Assembly (NCBI GenBank): GCA_000002445.1
Contig: CP000071.1
Span: 544,001 to 608,000, forward strand
Reading direction: 5' to 3'
DNA: 64,000 bases
Source: Trypanosoma brucei
Lineage: Eukaryota
Shown here: in pieces, positions 20,780 to 32,441 of the stretch
Layout: the number at the start of each line of letters is the position of its first letter
How positions within the stretch are numbered: position 1 is the first letter of the stretch
Made by a program: the position numbers and the translations under genes
Notes under the pieces: generated by a model
The model's input: only the letters and a program-made list of their open reading frames with translations
Told to the model about the DNA's origin: nothing
Databases searched by the model: none

Positions 20780-23035
20780 CTAGACGGCGTCAAACCCAAG
20801 CCGGCGTCTCTCCCGATGGAGTGCGAGGCGATAACAATAATGAAGTTTGGCGTCATCGGCAACAGTAGCAGCACCGCGGTAGGGAAGCGGCATTGTACAC
20901 ACGTCGTGCTCGTAGGCTGCGTTGTACCACTTTTCGATCACATCTTGTCTCCCTTCATTGTTCATCTCGTGGATTACAAGACGTGGAGGCTGTTGGCCTA
21001 AGCATCCATCGCTCAAGACCTTGAAGCATTGTAGTTCCTCCCAACGCGAGAAGACCCGTGGGGGAAACATTCTTACCTCTTCTGCGCTACAACAATCCAA
21101 GTAACAGTAAATGTTGCTCTTGTCAGCATTGACGTCATAGCTAGCGCCCTTACCGCTGCTGCAGATATTCAGAGGGACGCGACCTCTTTTAGAATCGCTG
21201 CCCGCTTCGCAATTACCATCGGAACCCACAGCCACAGCAAGTGGTATCCACAATTCACTAAAGTCAGGCACAGTGTTCGTGCTGGCACCCGCTTCGCTCC
21301 ATGGCGATAGTGGCCGCTCTCCCAGTGAATGCCAACACCGGAATTTATTCCCCACCTGCTCATCACAGTCAGTAATCCGTCCCACCGGTGGCAGCCCCTT
21401 CAGGGGGTGTGAAATCCCACGTGATACCGAGCTGGCCGCAAGCTCAGAGCACAGCTGAGCAGCGGACGTCCCCACGAACAGCCACAAACCTGGGAAGTAG
21501 CGGTGACGAAGGGGGCGTTTTTTACCGCCGTTAGGGAAAGTCCCATCACAAAACGATTGGTTGTCCTTAAGCTCCCTCAGCTCGTTCATTACAGAGGTTG
21601 TTCTCCCTCTGAGGTTTTCGGCTGCAATGTTACGAAGTGTGAGTGTGCGACGCAGTTGCTTTCCGTCAGGAAGCTTGAGCTCCGCATTCTGCGATATGGC
21701 TGGCACTACCCACTGCTCGGATGCCCGCCTCAACGCACCACCACGCTTTGCGTGCCTGCGACGCCGATAATTTCGTCTGTCATGTGAGAAGGCTGGATCA
21801 CAATCGCGGTCATGCGTGGTGTAGGGCACAACTATGCGTTGGAGCTCCTTTCCCCCGGTCCCCACATCTTTCACTCCAAAAAGCACCTCGACTTCATTTC
21901 CCACCCTCAAAGGAGGCTGCTGTGGAAACTGCGGATCCGCGACTCCCGTCCTTTGACAATTCGACCCACCGTGCAAGGCAACTTCCTTGATGTGGCACTG
22001 TAGAGACGTCACAGTCGATCCTAACCGAGTTGCTTCTATCACACTCTCGAGTAGCAGACACCGCCGCATCGAAGATTGAAGTCGTGACCGCCCATTACCA
22101 CTACTCAGCAGGCTAGTGTGTGGGATAATGGGCCCATCAAGAATAGCGGCAGCCTCATCAGCGGAATGTGGAGCGGACCACTGCGGCTTCACCAATTGAA
22201 TGGCTGAAGGTAGGGTCGGTTCGTCGACAAGAAGCTCTGCAGCGGGGGGCAAAGTGACCGCCCGAGACGCACAATGAAATACGGAGAGGGCGTCATGCCA
22301 AGTTGTTCTAATGGTACTACCCGCAAGCGCCCGCTGAAGCAGCTTTGAACGGCTACCACAGGCACCAGGGGCACAGCACCGTGGTGTGAGCATCAATAGA
22401 AACTCCCCATGCTTGATGAACAGCCACTGAATCACGGTGGTCACCTGCAGTGGTCGCAATAGTGGTGGAGGCTCCACCTCTTCAGAAAAGGAGCCGGCTC
22501 CTGGACAAGAGTGCTCTCCCTCTCTGTGTGTCGTTGCATTGACGACTGTACTGCATGCTGGCAAGAGCGGGAGGCGAGACGGCTCCATGGCCGCCACTTC
22601 ATAGTTGTGTAACATTTCCCTGGCATGTGGCAGAGACCTCAATGGTCTGTGCCTTTGTTCGCTGCTGCTAATACCGCTGGCGGTATATGACCTAAGGACG
22701 GCATCGCCTTCGTGTCTCAGTTTGCAAAGCAGCGCCAGTGATACATCACTGCCGTGTCTGTCGGTTTGGTGAACAAACTTCAACGGCATAGCGTTATTGC
22801 TGCCGTTTCTCTCGCGGTGGAGGGTCGGAAGTTGCTCCTCTTGTAGGTGAAAGCCAGTATTAGAAAAGGAGAGAGGTTGACCATATGGGTGAAGGGTTGT
22901 ATACATTTTTTTCTTCGGCAAAATCACGCTCGTACGAATATCTCCTACATTCTTCCCGACCGGCACAATGGATGCATAATGAGAAGCAGCGACGCCCCTC
23001 CAGGCAGGGAACGAGGGGAAAAGAAAAGGTAGCAT
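20780..23035 (-). CDS. Hypothetical protein (751 aa)
   Basis: Long ORF with unbiased composition. It sits co-directionally within the minus-strand gene cluster. No motif recognised. Confidence 0.5.
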   Translation of the reverse strand: MLPFLFPSFPAWRGVAASHYASIVPVGKNVGDIRTSVILPKKKMYTTLHPYGQPLSFSNTGFHLQEEQLPTLHRERNGSNNAMPLKFVHQTDRHGSDVSLALLCKLRHEGDAVLRSYTASGISSSEQRHRPLRSLPHAREMLHNYEVAAMEPSRLPLLPACSTVVNATTHREGEHSCPGAGSFSEEVEPPPLLRPLQVTTVIQWLFIKHGEFLLMLTPRCCAPGACGSRSKLLQRALAGSTIRTTWHDALSVFHCASRAVTLPPAAELLVDEPTLPSAIQLVKPQWSAPHSADEAAAILDGPIIPHTSLLSSGNGRSRLQSSMRRCLLLESVIEATRLGSTVTSLQCHIKEVALHGGSNCQRTGVADPQFPQQPPLRVGNEVEVLFGVKDVGTGGKELQRIVVPYTTHDRDCDPAFSHDRRNYRRRRHAKRGGALRRASEQWVVPAISQNAELKLPDGKQLRRTLTLRNIAAENLRGRTTSVMNELRELKDNQSFCDGTFPNGGKKRPLRHRYFPGLWLFVGTSAAQLCSELAASSVSRGISHPLKGLPPVGRITDCDEQVGNKFRCWHSLGERPLSPWSEAGASTNTVPDFSELWIPLAVAVGSDGNCEAGSDSKRGRVPLNICSSGKGASYDVNADKSNIYCYLDCCSAEEVRMFPPRVFSRWEELQCFKVLSDGCLGQQPPRLVIHEMNNEGRQDVIEKWYNAAYEHDVCTMPLPYRGAATVADDAKLHYCYRLALHRERRRLGFDAV

Positions 23036-23706
23036 TACACCTCGGAACGGGAGTAATCAACGCGCCCACTACCGCACGCAACAGTGAGAAAGGAGTGAAC
23101 CACTAAAAGGTTGGCGGTGGCATTGAGTCATCGTCACTGCCTTAGCAAACTACAAAGATAAAACAAAAAAAAACCCAAGAGGAGGGAGGGATGCCAGCGC
23201 GATCACGACTGGATAACCAAAGACCAGATACCACGGTTCAACTGGCACAACGCCCCCAAGAAGTTTTCACGCTCCTAAGCGACTCCCGTAGGATACTCCA
23301 TATACAAACATTGGCAAGGAAGAGTGGAGTAGTGTGAAAAAACGACAAAATTACAAAGATGAAGAGTCTTTCCTTTCCGTAAGCCTCACTGGTAATATAT
23401 TCAACGTCCCATCTTTACCCCTGCCGCCTTCTCTTTCCCGCCTCCAATGGTAGTGCGCCCCATAATATGCACATGGACGCGAGTAGGAACGTGCTGTGTA
23501 GAGTCAAGCCATAAATAAAAGGGGTCTACAAACCACAGAACTGTAACAACATCAGGTATAATGGTGGCGTTGAGAACGCGCACTACCGCTCTCTTCACAT
23601 TTGATCTCACCAACAATAAGGAACCCCTCTACCCCATCCGCCTATTCAGTCATTCCCCCATTCTTTGCATTTTTCCTGATTCCTCCAGCGCGATCCCAAC
23701 CCTGTG

Positions 23707-24951
23707 CTACTGTTGCTCAGGCCATGGGAGGTGCTCACCAAAGAGGAGGTGCTGTACAACGTTGAACTTCAATAACACTTCCGCGGCATACATTTTAACC
23801 ATACCTGTGTACGTTTTCTTCCATGAATCCACCCCGCTGATATTATAGAGCATACTGCTGTGCTCAAAGAAGGGGCCAGATTTATTCTCAATCACCCACA
23901 ACACCTGGGCAAAGTACAAATATTCCTCTGCGTGTCTTCTCACGATGTCTGCTTCGCAGACGTGCTTCGGTAATATCAACTCGTGATTCGCGTTGCCGTT
24001 GCTATTTTCACTACCATTTTCAGCATTGTTGTTGGCATTTGTCGTAGTCTCTGGGGTTGCAGTTGGCACCTCCTTATTTATAAGCTGCGAAGCACCAAAT
24101 ACAAAAGGCAGATGGTGATAGTCGTCCAACCCCCACACGCCATGAGAACCCGCTGGCTCCAGCTTGTAGTGATGTTGGAGGTGGCGCATGAAGGAAAGAT
24201 ACGCACTGAAGACGTCGAAGACCATTGCGCGGCGTAGCTGTAGCAGTGCATCCCTTTGCTCCACAGGAGGTGGTGGTGGTCGCTGAACTTTGTGAGGAAC
24301 AACCACAGGTACGTCGGATTGCAACGGTGCGCCATTGTCTCCGCACTCCTGCATGCAGATAAGCATGACAATGAAGAAATGTAGTTCATGCCCCGTGCCG
24401 TAGTCAATGCGCACACTGTTACCGAATGCATCCTTCATGTATTCAGCAAGCTCCAACACCAAAGGATCATCTCCATTTTCATTCGCTCTCGCTTCTTTCA
24501 AAACCTCACCTGCACTAATGTCTCGATTTTGTCGTTCAGTTGTATCTCCCAATCCGCGATTGAGCGTAGCAACCAACCCCCGCATCAAGTCAAAAATATT
24601 CTCCTCGAGCCGGCTATGAAACACCCGGAAAGACCTATTACCAAACCGCTGCTGCTTCATATCTTCCAGCGGTATGCTTGCCACGATAGAACGGAGGTGT
24701 GGGAAGAAGACATCCGTGAAGAAGACAATTGTTGGATGTTTCTCTTCGCGGCGCTGCTGAAGCCAGGCACTTCGAGACATCTCCTCGACCGCCTCCGCGC
24801 AGCATTGCACGTAAGACACAATCTTGGCAAACGACGGCGACGAGTGAAACGTTTCGACGAGTTGCGGCTTCTCAAGGATGTATTTCCGCGGTACATGAGG
24901 ATTACCAGCTACCTGCGACATTTGTAGTGGTTGCACTAACGATGCCAGCAA
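23707..24951 (-). CDS. Phosphotyrosyl phosphatase activator (PTPA) / PP2A activator, a peptidyl-prolyl isomerase-type protein
   Basis: Diagnostic PTPA motifs: FGNSVRIDYGTGHELHFF and HGVWGLDDYHHLPFVFGASQL. Confidence 0.85.
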   Translation of the reverse strand: MLASLVQPLQMSQVAGNPHVPRKYILEKPQLVETFHSSPSFAKIVSYVQCCAEAVEEMSRSAWLQQRREEKHPTIVFFTDVFFPHLRSIVASIPLEDMKQQRFGNRSFRVFHSRLEENIFDLMRGLVATLNRGLGDTTERQNRDISAGEVLKEARANENGDDPLVLELAEYMKDAFGNSVRIDYGTGHELHFFIVMLICMQECGDNGAPLQSDVPVVVPHKVQRPPPPPVEQRDALLQLRRAMVFDVFSAYLSFMRHLQHHYKLEPAGSHGVWGLDDYHHLPFVFGASQLINKEVPTATPETTTNANNNAENGSENSNGNANHELILPKHVCEADIVRRHAEEYLYFAQVLWVIENKSGPFFEHSSMLYNISGVDSWKKTYTGMVKMYAAEVLLKFNVVQHLLFGEHLPWPEQQ

Positions 24952-26367
24952 CGGGAGTTGTAGGAAAGTGGCAGAAATGATGAGTGTCGATGGAGAGTGT
25001 CGCTACACACGTCAGTGGTAACACACAGCGAGAAGTTGTAGAGCGTCTCACCTCTGTAAAACCAACACTTTCCCCCCCGCCGTAGGTATAAGGCTGTGGA
25101 AAATAGTAAACGAATGTATAAATGTGTGTACGCGCGTTGCGAGGAGTGTTGAAACTACACGGTCACGACCACTATTACCCCTCCGTTTAGCTGTGCTATA
25201 TTTGACTGGCGCTGCTTGCGTAGCCCCCGTGAGAACGGAATGAGAAAATAAGCTCGCGGCAACCGATCAATCGGCCAAAGAGAATGGAAGGGTAGGTGGC
25301 TGCACACAATGATAGTAAATGCTAACTAATGTAATTCCTTCAAAGCACGCCAGGGAGCCAGAAAATGTGAAATTGGAAGTAAGGTAGTCAAATCAACAAA
25401 TATTGAGTATGCAGGGGTACAAATAACAAAGAATTGTGAAAGAAGGGAAGCAATCCTAAGCGCATGCAGGGTTGGTAAATGTCGTCGCATCCATACACTG
25501 CGCGACCCGCAAAGCCCTGACGTATCTCAAGGTTTGGGCCCTAACAAAGGACAAACCAACTCGCATATGCTACGCGAATGCGTGGGCGTATTTGGACTAT
25601 GGCGATTCAAAGAAAACTAGGAGTTTTGAAATTAAGCTTACTCACCTCCCCCCCCTATTTGAACGCTGCAACGCCAACATGACGAACAAACACAGACACA
25701 CACACACAAAAAAAAGAGGGAGTCTTACCCGCTACGCTATCCCTCTCTACGTTTATACACCCTGCACGGCTGTGCATATGAATACGTACATGCACACATT
25801 TAATATATTTGAATAAACACACAACGATAAAAAAACGCACCACCACATAGGACCACAATGGCAGATCTGCGGGACGCAGGCGAAAATGTCAGCGAGGCTA
25901 ACAACGATGACAATAACGATAGTGAGGTACAGACAAAGTAAAACAAAGCTCGTGGTAAAGGGAACAATGTGGAATGGGAAACAGGGTAACATATCAAACA
26001 TCCGCGGAAATGTGTTCCCATACCATTCATTTAGAGTAACGGAGATTCCCCGCGCTTGCAAGCGATAAGTGCCAGTCTCCATAAACATGGGAATGGACCC
26101 TCTCCTGCACCTCGTTTCTTTTCTTCGCTCTCACCCCTTTGCTTACCTTAAATCAATTCGCCTTCACCGTTCTGCGCTTTCGCGGCCCCATGATGTCTTC
26201 TTTGGTGAAGCCCCCATCCACTGGAAAAAAAAAGCGCCAAGAATTCTCAACGGAACGAAAATGAAAACTTAAAAAAAAAGAATAGAGATTACAAGAGCAT
26301 CTGTGAAGTAAAGCAGTGTGTGTGTATGTGGGGGTGGATGGGGAGAAAAAGTCTGCTGTAACAAGTG

Positions 26368-28236
26368 CTACAAAAGGTCCTGCCCCATTTGTGCCATAAG
26401 CGAAACCAGAGGCTGAAAACGACCCTCGCCGTTACCGACAAATCGCTCATCCGACACAGATGTCGACTCTTGAAGAAGAGAAATGAGATCCTGCCGCAGA
26501 GCGCCTCGAAGCCCCTCGTTTGTTGTGTACAAAAACACCTCCACCTCCACATCTCTGTGGACGGAGCGGGACCCGTAATTTGTGCTGCCGTAAGACACCA
26601 AATATGGCTCTCCTACATGATCCCACGTTTCTTCGCAGTTAACGACATCATTATTGTTTGCGCCACCAGCGCAAGCGCTGCTAATTCCCACTCTTCCCAC
26701 CGGGGCACCACCTTGTTTCTGATCCTTCATGAACCAAAGTCCTTTCGCGTGGTATGTCTTTCCCTCCGCACTGAACTCGTGCAAGCGGATACGGTGTGCA
26801 CACTTGTATTCCTTCATTAAGTAACGGAAGGCTCGCTGCAACTGCAGGTAGAAGTAAGGTATGTACCGAGCGAAGCCTTTCGAACCGTACCATCCATTTG
26901 TACTGACGCTAGCAGTTATGAAATCGTAGGGGCTACTGCTGGCAAGTAACTCATCGACAAAGTGTCCATACATATTAAGATAAGGTGAGGCCAAGTAGAT
27001 GTGCGTCGACCGTGGTGCCATCCTCAGTAACATTTGCACGATGAAGGAATCGTGAAAAATGTTGGCGCGTGCACACTGCATGGTCGGGAAGAGAAGAGTA
27101 TCGTAGTGTCCCGTCGCTTCATCTTCCATCTCTGGGTGCTGCTCCACTTGCCACGCTTCCGCTGCTACAGCCCCGGAACTATGTGCGAAGTCCCGCAACC
27201 TCCTCTCAGCTACTTCACAGAATTCGTACCACTGCGTCGATGGATCCACGCCTGCCATATTAGGAAAGATGGTAAGGTTACTCCCCGCATGCACCACGAA
27301 CTCCCCACTACTCGAATTCGCATTCTGTCCCCATTTCTTCGTATCACCACAACCCGCAACGGTCGCAGAACCCGCATTCGTGTTACACTCCTTGTGGATT
27401 CCAACTGGATACGATAAAGCACAAAGAGCGTCAACGAGACCACTGAACCACGCAGCGACGTGAGGGTTGTCGTGCACAGCCAAATAGCGGTCAACACGGG
27501 TGTCGAAATAGTCGTCGGAAAGGTTCGCCCCGGTGAGAATCGTCTGGCAGTTGTCGAAGCAGAATATTTTGGTGTGTTGTACCCCAAGCGCCTCACGAGC
27601 CCTGCCGAATGGGGCCACGAGCCAATTCCAGCGACACGGCGATTGGAACAGAAAGAGTCGCACGTTCACAGCAGAGTCGGCACCAGGGGACGCCGCCTCA
27701 GATTGGAGGTTTAGCAGTTCTGCTACAGTCTTTAGGTTTTGCCGAACGTGCATCCGATTGTAGTCCAGAAGAATGCACACATCGAGTGCCTTTTTGTCGC
27801 TACGAGCCTTCGACACCCGGTTTCTCAGCGCAGTGACAAGCTGTCGGGCGAGCGGACCATCGCCAATATACAGCGCAGACAAAACAATACGATGTTGGGC
27901 TGCACTGATTTGTCGCAGCAGCTCACTAAAGAATTGCTTCGGGCCGGCCAACACCCGCAGATCTTTACCACGCGCAGGAAGTGTGCAGCACGTTTCTCCA
28001 AGGAAACGCAACATCTCTGCCTGCGGACCATCAGTAACAACACTGCTGGCGCCCCTCGTTCTTCCCCCCACAGTGACCTTGTTGTCAAGCGCGTGGAAAA
28101 GAGTGCCATTAGAATGGCAAGTAGAAGTCTGCACAGAACCACTCAGGCTGAAGAGACGAAAGGCCAGAAGCAGCGACGTACCAAACACGAGTGCGTAAGC
28201 GAGAAGAAAGAGCATTGTTTGTTCCCTTTTCACCAA
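26368..28236 (-). CDS. Phospholipase-D-superfamily phosphatidyltransferase, most like the eukaryotic PGS1-type phosphatidylglycerophosphate synthase
   Basis: Two HKD motifs (HTKIFCFDNCQTILTGANLSDDY and HAKGLWFMKD....GISSACAGG). There is an N-terminal hydrophobic or presequence-like segment. Confidence 0.7.
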   Translation of the reverse strand: MVKREQTMLFLLAYALVFGTSLLLAFRLFSLSGSVQTSTCHSNGTLFHALDNKVTVGGRTRGASSVVTDGPQAEMLRFLGETCCTLPARGKDLRVLAGPKQFFSELLRQISAAQHRIVLSALYIGDGPLARQLVTALRNRVSKARSDKKALDVCILLDYNRMHVRQNLKTVAELLNLQSEAASPGADSAVNVRLFLFQSPCRWNWLVAPFGRAREALGVQHTKIFCFDNCQTILTGANLSDDYFDTRVDRYLAVHDNPHVAAWFSGLVDALCALSYPVGIHKECNTNAGSATVAGCGDTKKWGQNANSSSGEFVVHAGSNLTIFPNMAGVDPSTQWYEFCEVAERRLRDFAHSSGAVAAEAWQVEQHPEMEDEATGHYDTLLFPTMQCARANIFHDSFIVQMLLRMAPRSTHIYLASPYLNMYGHFVDELLASSSPYDFITASVSTNGWYGSKGFARYIPYFYLQLQRAFRYLMKEYKCAHRIRLHEFSAEGKTYHAKGLWFMKDQKQGGAPVGRVGISSACAGGANNNDVVNCEETWDHVGEPYLVSYGSTNYGSRSVHRDVEVEVFLYTTNEGLRGALRQDLISLLQESTSVSDERFVGNGEGRFQPLVSLMAQMGQDLL

Positions 28237-28605
28237 GGTCGCGACACACTACTGTCAAACGCACTCCAACAGATGGCCTTCCCCCGGTTGACAACTTCTT
28301 TGCAGACGAGAGTTCAGCGGTGGAGAACCGTAAGATACTAAGAGAAGAAACTGCACGTTAAATGGGAGAGGGGACAGAGGGAACACAAAATAAAGACAGT
28401 TTCCAACGGCACGACAGCAGGAGGAAGAACACTATCCGAAACAAATCCGTTGTCTCGTTAGTTTACCCGGTCTGGTCGTCCACCTATCAATACGACAATC
28501 CTTTAGCACATCCCCATGCGCCAGTTCAGCAACTCATACTCGTGCACGGTCCAGAACTTCACCGCCACCCTCGCTGGTCCTTGTCCCTGCTGTTGCCGTT
28601 CTTCT

Positions 28606-29058
28606 TCACGAGTCGCTGACATCCGAGTCTACCACGCAGGCAGCGCCCTGCAGGCCATTTTCCAGCAACAGCGGGAGTAGCGCCTCATACACCTTTTCGT
28701 CGCAGACAAATCCCTCGGCGTAACCAAATCGCACCTCCACTGCACATCGTGTTGGTTCTGGTGCTGGGGTTTGCGTTGTGCCTGTGCTTTTCGTCCATGG
28801 CACTCTGGCAACAACCGTGCGCCCACTTGGGGATGTGGGCCTAATCGAAGCCACAGCACTCCCCGCATCGATACACGGGAAAAGGCTTCGACAGTCGTTT
28901 ATTTGCATGGCGAGTTCATCAGCAGCTGTCATTACCACATTACAGGACGACGAGCGCGAGGAAGACAAGCGATGCTCTGCCGGTTCCATGTCATAAGACA
29001 ACTTACCTTTGGTGTCCCGCTTCATGGGCGTTACGCAGTCGGACGCGCATACACACAT
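28606..29058 (-). CDS. Hypothetical small protein (150 aa)
   Basis: Moderately complex ORF, co-oriented with its neighbours. No motif recognised. Confidence 0.35.
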   Translation of the reverse strand: MCVCASDCVTPMKRDTKGKLSYDMEPAEHRLSSSRSSSCNVVMTAADELAMQINDCRSLFPCIDAGSAVASIRPTSPSGRTVVARVPWTKSTGTTQTPAPEPTRCAVEVRFGYAEGFVCDEKVYEALLPLLLENGLQGAACVVDSDVSDS

Positions 29059-29830
29059 ATACGTATATATAAATATTATATATATATAATATATTTATAA
29101 AGGTATTTTACGTGGGCGAGAGGTGGTAGTGTTAGAAGGGGGACACTGCAGCACGTGTCCATTCTCACAAATAGTGTATGTTGTGTCACATCTCAGCTTC
29201 ACGTTACAAAACAACGGCGCATGTTTCTGCGCGGTCAACCGCTCCGACCACTTTCTTACTTAAACTTTGTCTCCACCCCGTTTCACTGGCAATATACAAA
29301 ACGATACTTCCTGCCGTTTCATCCTGCCAACCACGCGGGGCGCTCGTGAGGAAATTCATATATGTATTTTTTAGTTTTGTTTGGGAAATATATATCCATA
29401 TATGAACGTATGTGAAAATGTATATCGTGAAAAGGTAGAGTGACCGCAGTGCACAACAACAAACATCTTGGCCCGTCTAGCAGACGGTAAAACCATAAAA
29501 ACACAGGCGAACAATATGTTCGCCCCCACTCCCCCCAAACACCTCCCCTGCTTATCAGAGCTTAGTACGGTGACACGTGTTATAAGCACCCATGGAGGCG
29601 GTTGAGCAGCGAAGGAAGTGACCAAAGCGCAGAAGCAAAAAAACAAAAAGAGAAGCCATCACGTTCCAGTAACAGCGGTGGGCAGCAGAAAATACAGTCT
29701 CAGAACTACGGCGCTTCCCACCCTCCACTCCTCCGCACCTTCCCCCAGCTGCTTTCACCCAGTAGAGGCTCTGCCACATAACAGGGGCGAGGCCGTAGAC
29801 CAGCGGCGTCACGCATTGAGTTCAAAAAAC

Positions 29831-29860
29831 AATAATAATAATAATATTATTATTATTATT
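29831..29860. repeat. Perfect 30-nt palindrome (AAT)5(ATT)5
   Basis: aataataataataatattattattattatt. The second half is the reverse complement of the first. A near-identical 25-nt palindrome lies at 43989-44013. Confidence 0.9.
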
Positions 29861-30025
29861 TTTTCACCCTTCGCAGATTCCAGCTCTCTTACCTGTTTAC
29901 CCTAAACATCCGTCACTACAACCCACCTCTTCTTCGCTATTACGATTATTATTATTTTCTCTTACTTCCCCATCAAAACCAGCGGTAGATGCTCCAGCTG
30001 ATATAAATGTTGTTACCATCGTTTG

Positions 30026-31858
30026 CTAGTGTGTGGGAGTCTTCGCCATCTTCCGCACGGGTTGGGCATTCATCAACTCCACTGGATGAATTGTGCCGCT
30101 GTTGTTTCCAGCTGACAGCAACGCTGTGCGTGCTGCCTTCGACATCTCGAAGTTTCGCAGCAGTGCTGCCCTGCAAACCGCAGACTCTCCACAGAAGGCT
30201 TGTGCGAGCAACCAGTCACGTGGGGCATTATTCCCTGTTCGTGTGAGGGCTGCCGTAGCGCGGTACAGAACCGCTACACTCGCGAACACCTCGGCGACGT
30301 ACTGAGCGGTAGTGCGTATGAACGCCGCATCGCGACGGCGCTCCCCCTCTCGAAGGAGCTTCAAAAAGGTCGCAACATCCCCCTCCAGCTCGTTGGCGCT
30401 TAGACGGAGGTACACATGAGGCGAAACGAGCCGCGGGACGTCTGACGGCGCGCTTATCGCGCGCATGAAAAGCGAAGACCCGATGCCTTTGCTAACCGAC
30501 CCGGCAGCGCCCTGCAGACCACTTTCAGTATGCAAAAGTAACGGTGCGATGTATCTCTGGTGCTGTAAGCTGCCACGAAACGAGAGAGCTGCAAGTATCT
30601 GAGATTCGTCACGCACCATCCGCACAGCATACGCATAGTCTATAAGTCGGTCTGGTTTAGAGGCATGCGGCACACCGCCCTGTGGGTCCAGCTGTAGTAC
30701 GCCGTTAATTACCTCACGTGTCAGCTGGAGAGCCGTTGCAAGCGCCTGGCCGGCGTACGTGCTGACAGCAACACATTCTGCCAACGGTGGATGTCGTGCG
30801 TCGCCCACCTCATTCTCTTTACTGTCGACAGGATTTGTGTCCTTTGCCAGTTGGCTCGGGTCATCCGCACTGCAACCTACTACAAAGGATGTCAGAGCGT
30901 CTATGCCATAGCGGCTGCAAGCCATGGCCGCCAAAGCCTTCTGTACGAACGGGTTGCGTATAAGTAAGGCGTCGTGACGCACTGCGTGGGTAGCATGCAG
31001 AGCACATATCTCTAGCAGCCGGTCTATCATCCCACTGCTGGCGGCCGCCGCGAGAAGGTTGTGTTCTGCCGTGAAGGCGTCCACAGCGGCAGCTGAGTTG
31101 GAGACTATTGCCGCCTCAGCACCACTCAATGTTACAGTGCACAGTCCGCCAGTTGCAGGGCTAACACTGATATGTCCGCCTGCCTGCTGCATTGGGAGCG
31201 ACAAAAGTAGCGGTTCGCGGTTGCTTGCCGTGCCCTTCACCTGATCTTCCTTTCCGCACTCCTGAGAGGCGAGGAGTTGCATGGTTTTGGGTATTGAGCC
31301 AGGTGCGGCAATGGCGATAAACGAGCCGTGCAGCACCACTTTGCGGCCCGGTTCATTAGATCCATCGCTGCCGAGGGCCACGCGGACGTGGTCCTGTGAA
31401 TTTGGTGGGGCGCGCCATTCAGTGGCGGCTGTGCCAACATCAACAGGCCACATCACGGGATGTGCAGACCGCTTTGTTGCGGTACGCACGGCGTCACACC
31501 TCTCGCGCAGGAGCGACCGCTGCGATGGCGCTGTAACCGGAGACTTTGCAGTGGTAAGCTCAGCCGCCTTCCCTGAGGATTTTTCTACATCGCTAGCGTT
31601 AACCTTGACGCCATCTGTATTACCATCTTTTTTTGTTGCTGCGGGCCCAATGCCATTGTTATCATTGGTATCGGTGATGGCCGGCTCCGCGCCGAAGTGC
31701 TGGAAAAGCAGGACATCTACCAACCGCCCCTGCGTGAGAAGCGCCGCCACAAAGTCTGGGCGGGCACGAAGAAAGAAACCTCGGCGCATCCCAGTAAACA
31801 ACAACAATAACAACAATACAGGACTTAAAGTTAGTAGTGTTGTGCCCGACGATGACAA
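30026..31858 (-). CDS. Hypothetical protein (610 aa) with an N-terminal hydrophobic signal or anchor
   Basis: Long Ala/Leu-rich ORF co-oriented with the cluster. No family recognised. Confidence 0.55.
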   Translation of the reverse strand: MSSSGTTLLTLSPVLLLLLLFTGMRRGFFLRARPDFVAALLTQGRLVDVLLFQHFGAEPAITDTNDNNGIGPAATKKDGNTDGVKVNASDVEKSSGKAAELTTAKSPVTAPSQRSLLRERCDAVRTATKRSAHPVMWPVDVGTAATEWRAPPNSQDHVRVALGSDGSNEPGRKVVLHGSFIAIAAPGSIPKTMQLLASQECGKEDQVKGTASNREPLLLSLPMQQAGGHISVSPATGGLCTVTLSGAEAAIVSNSAAAVDAFTAEHNLLAAAASSGMIDRLLEICALHATHAVRHDALLIRNPFVQKALAAMACSRYGIDALTSFVVGCSADDPSQLAKDTNPVDSKENEVGDARHPPLAECVAVSTYAGQALATALQLTREVINGVLQLDPQGGVPHASKPDRLIDYAYAVRMVRDESQILAALSFRGSLQHQRYIAPLLLHTESGLQGAAGSVSKGIGSSLFMRAISAPSDVPRLVSPHVYLRLSANELEGDVATFLKLLREGERRRDAAFIRTTAQYVAEVFASVAVLYRATAALTRTGNNAPRDWLLAQAFCGESAVCRAALLRNFEMSKAARTALLSAGNNSGTIHPVELMNAQPVRKMAKTPTH

Positions 31859-32441
31859 TTTACCCTAAGCTTATTTCCCACTACACCCGTTACTCAGCCT
31901 AGGTTTGGTTCACCCACTTAAACCCGGGCGGTGCTTTTCTTTGGCTGTGCGTATTTATAAGATCATCCATCCATACAAGGAACAAAACAGCAAAAAACGA
32001 AGTGAAGGAGAAACAATATAATAAATTTCAGGAAATGAAAGTTTCCGCACGAAACGGAAAAGAAGGCCCACCACGGCGTAGAGCAGCGGTCACATAATGC
32101 GCTGAGTGTTCCCTTCACCGTGAACTGTCTGCCTGTGCCGGCTACCTTAAATAGGGATCGGATTGGTTGGCGTCGTCACACTTTGCATACGTAAACGTAG
32201 CACCTGCGCTTATTTCATCGTCTTTCCCTTTTCCTTCAGCGGAGTTGGACAGGCAACGCCGGAAAACAAAGTGGATAAATAAATAAGGGGATAGAAAGGG
32301 AGAAAATAGGTGAGGACGGGCACACACGAAACACCCACATATGTATATATATATATATATGTATACGTTCCACCATTTTCTAGCTCCTTTTTTTTTCTTA
32401 TCTTTCCCCTCTCCCTCAGCCACACATACTCCAAATCTCAT

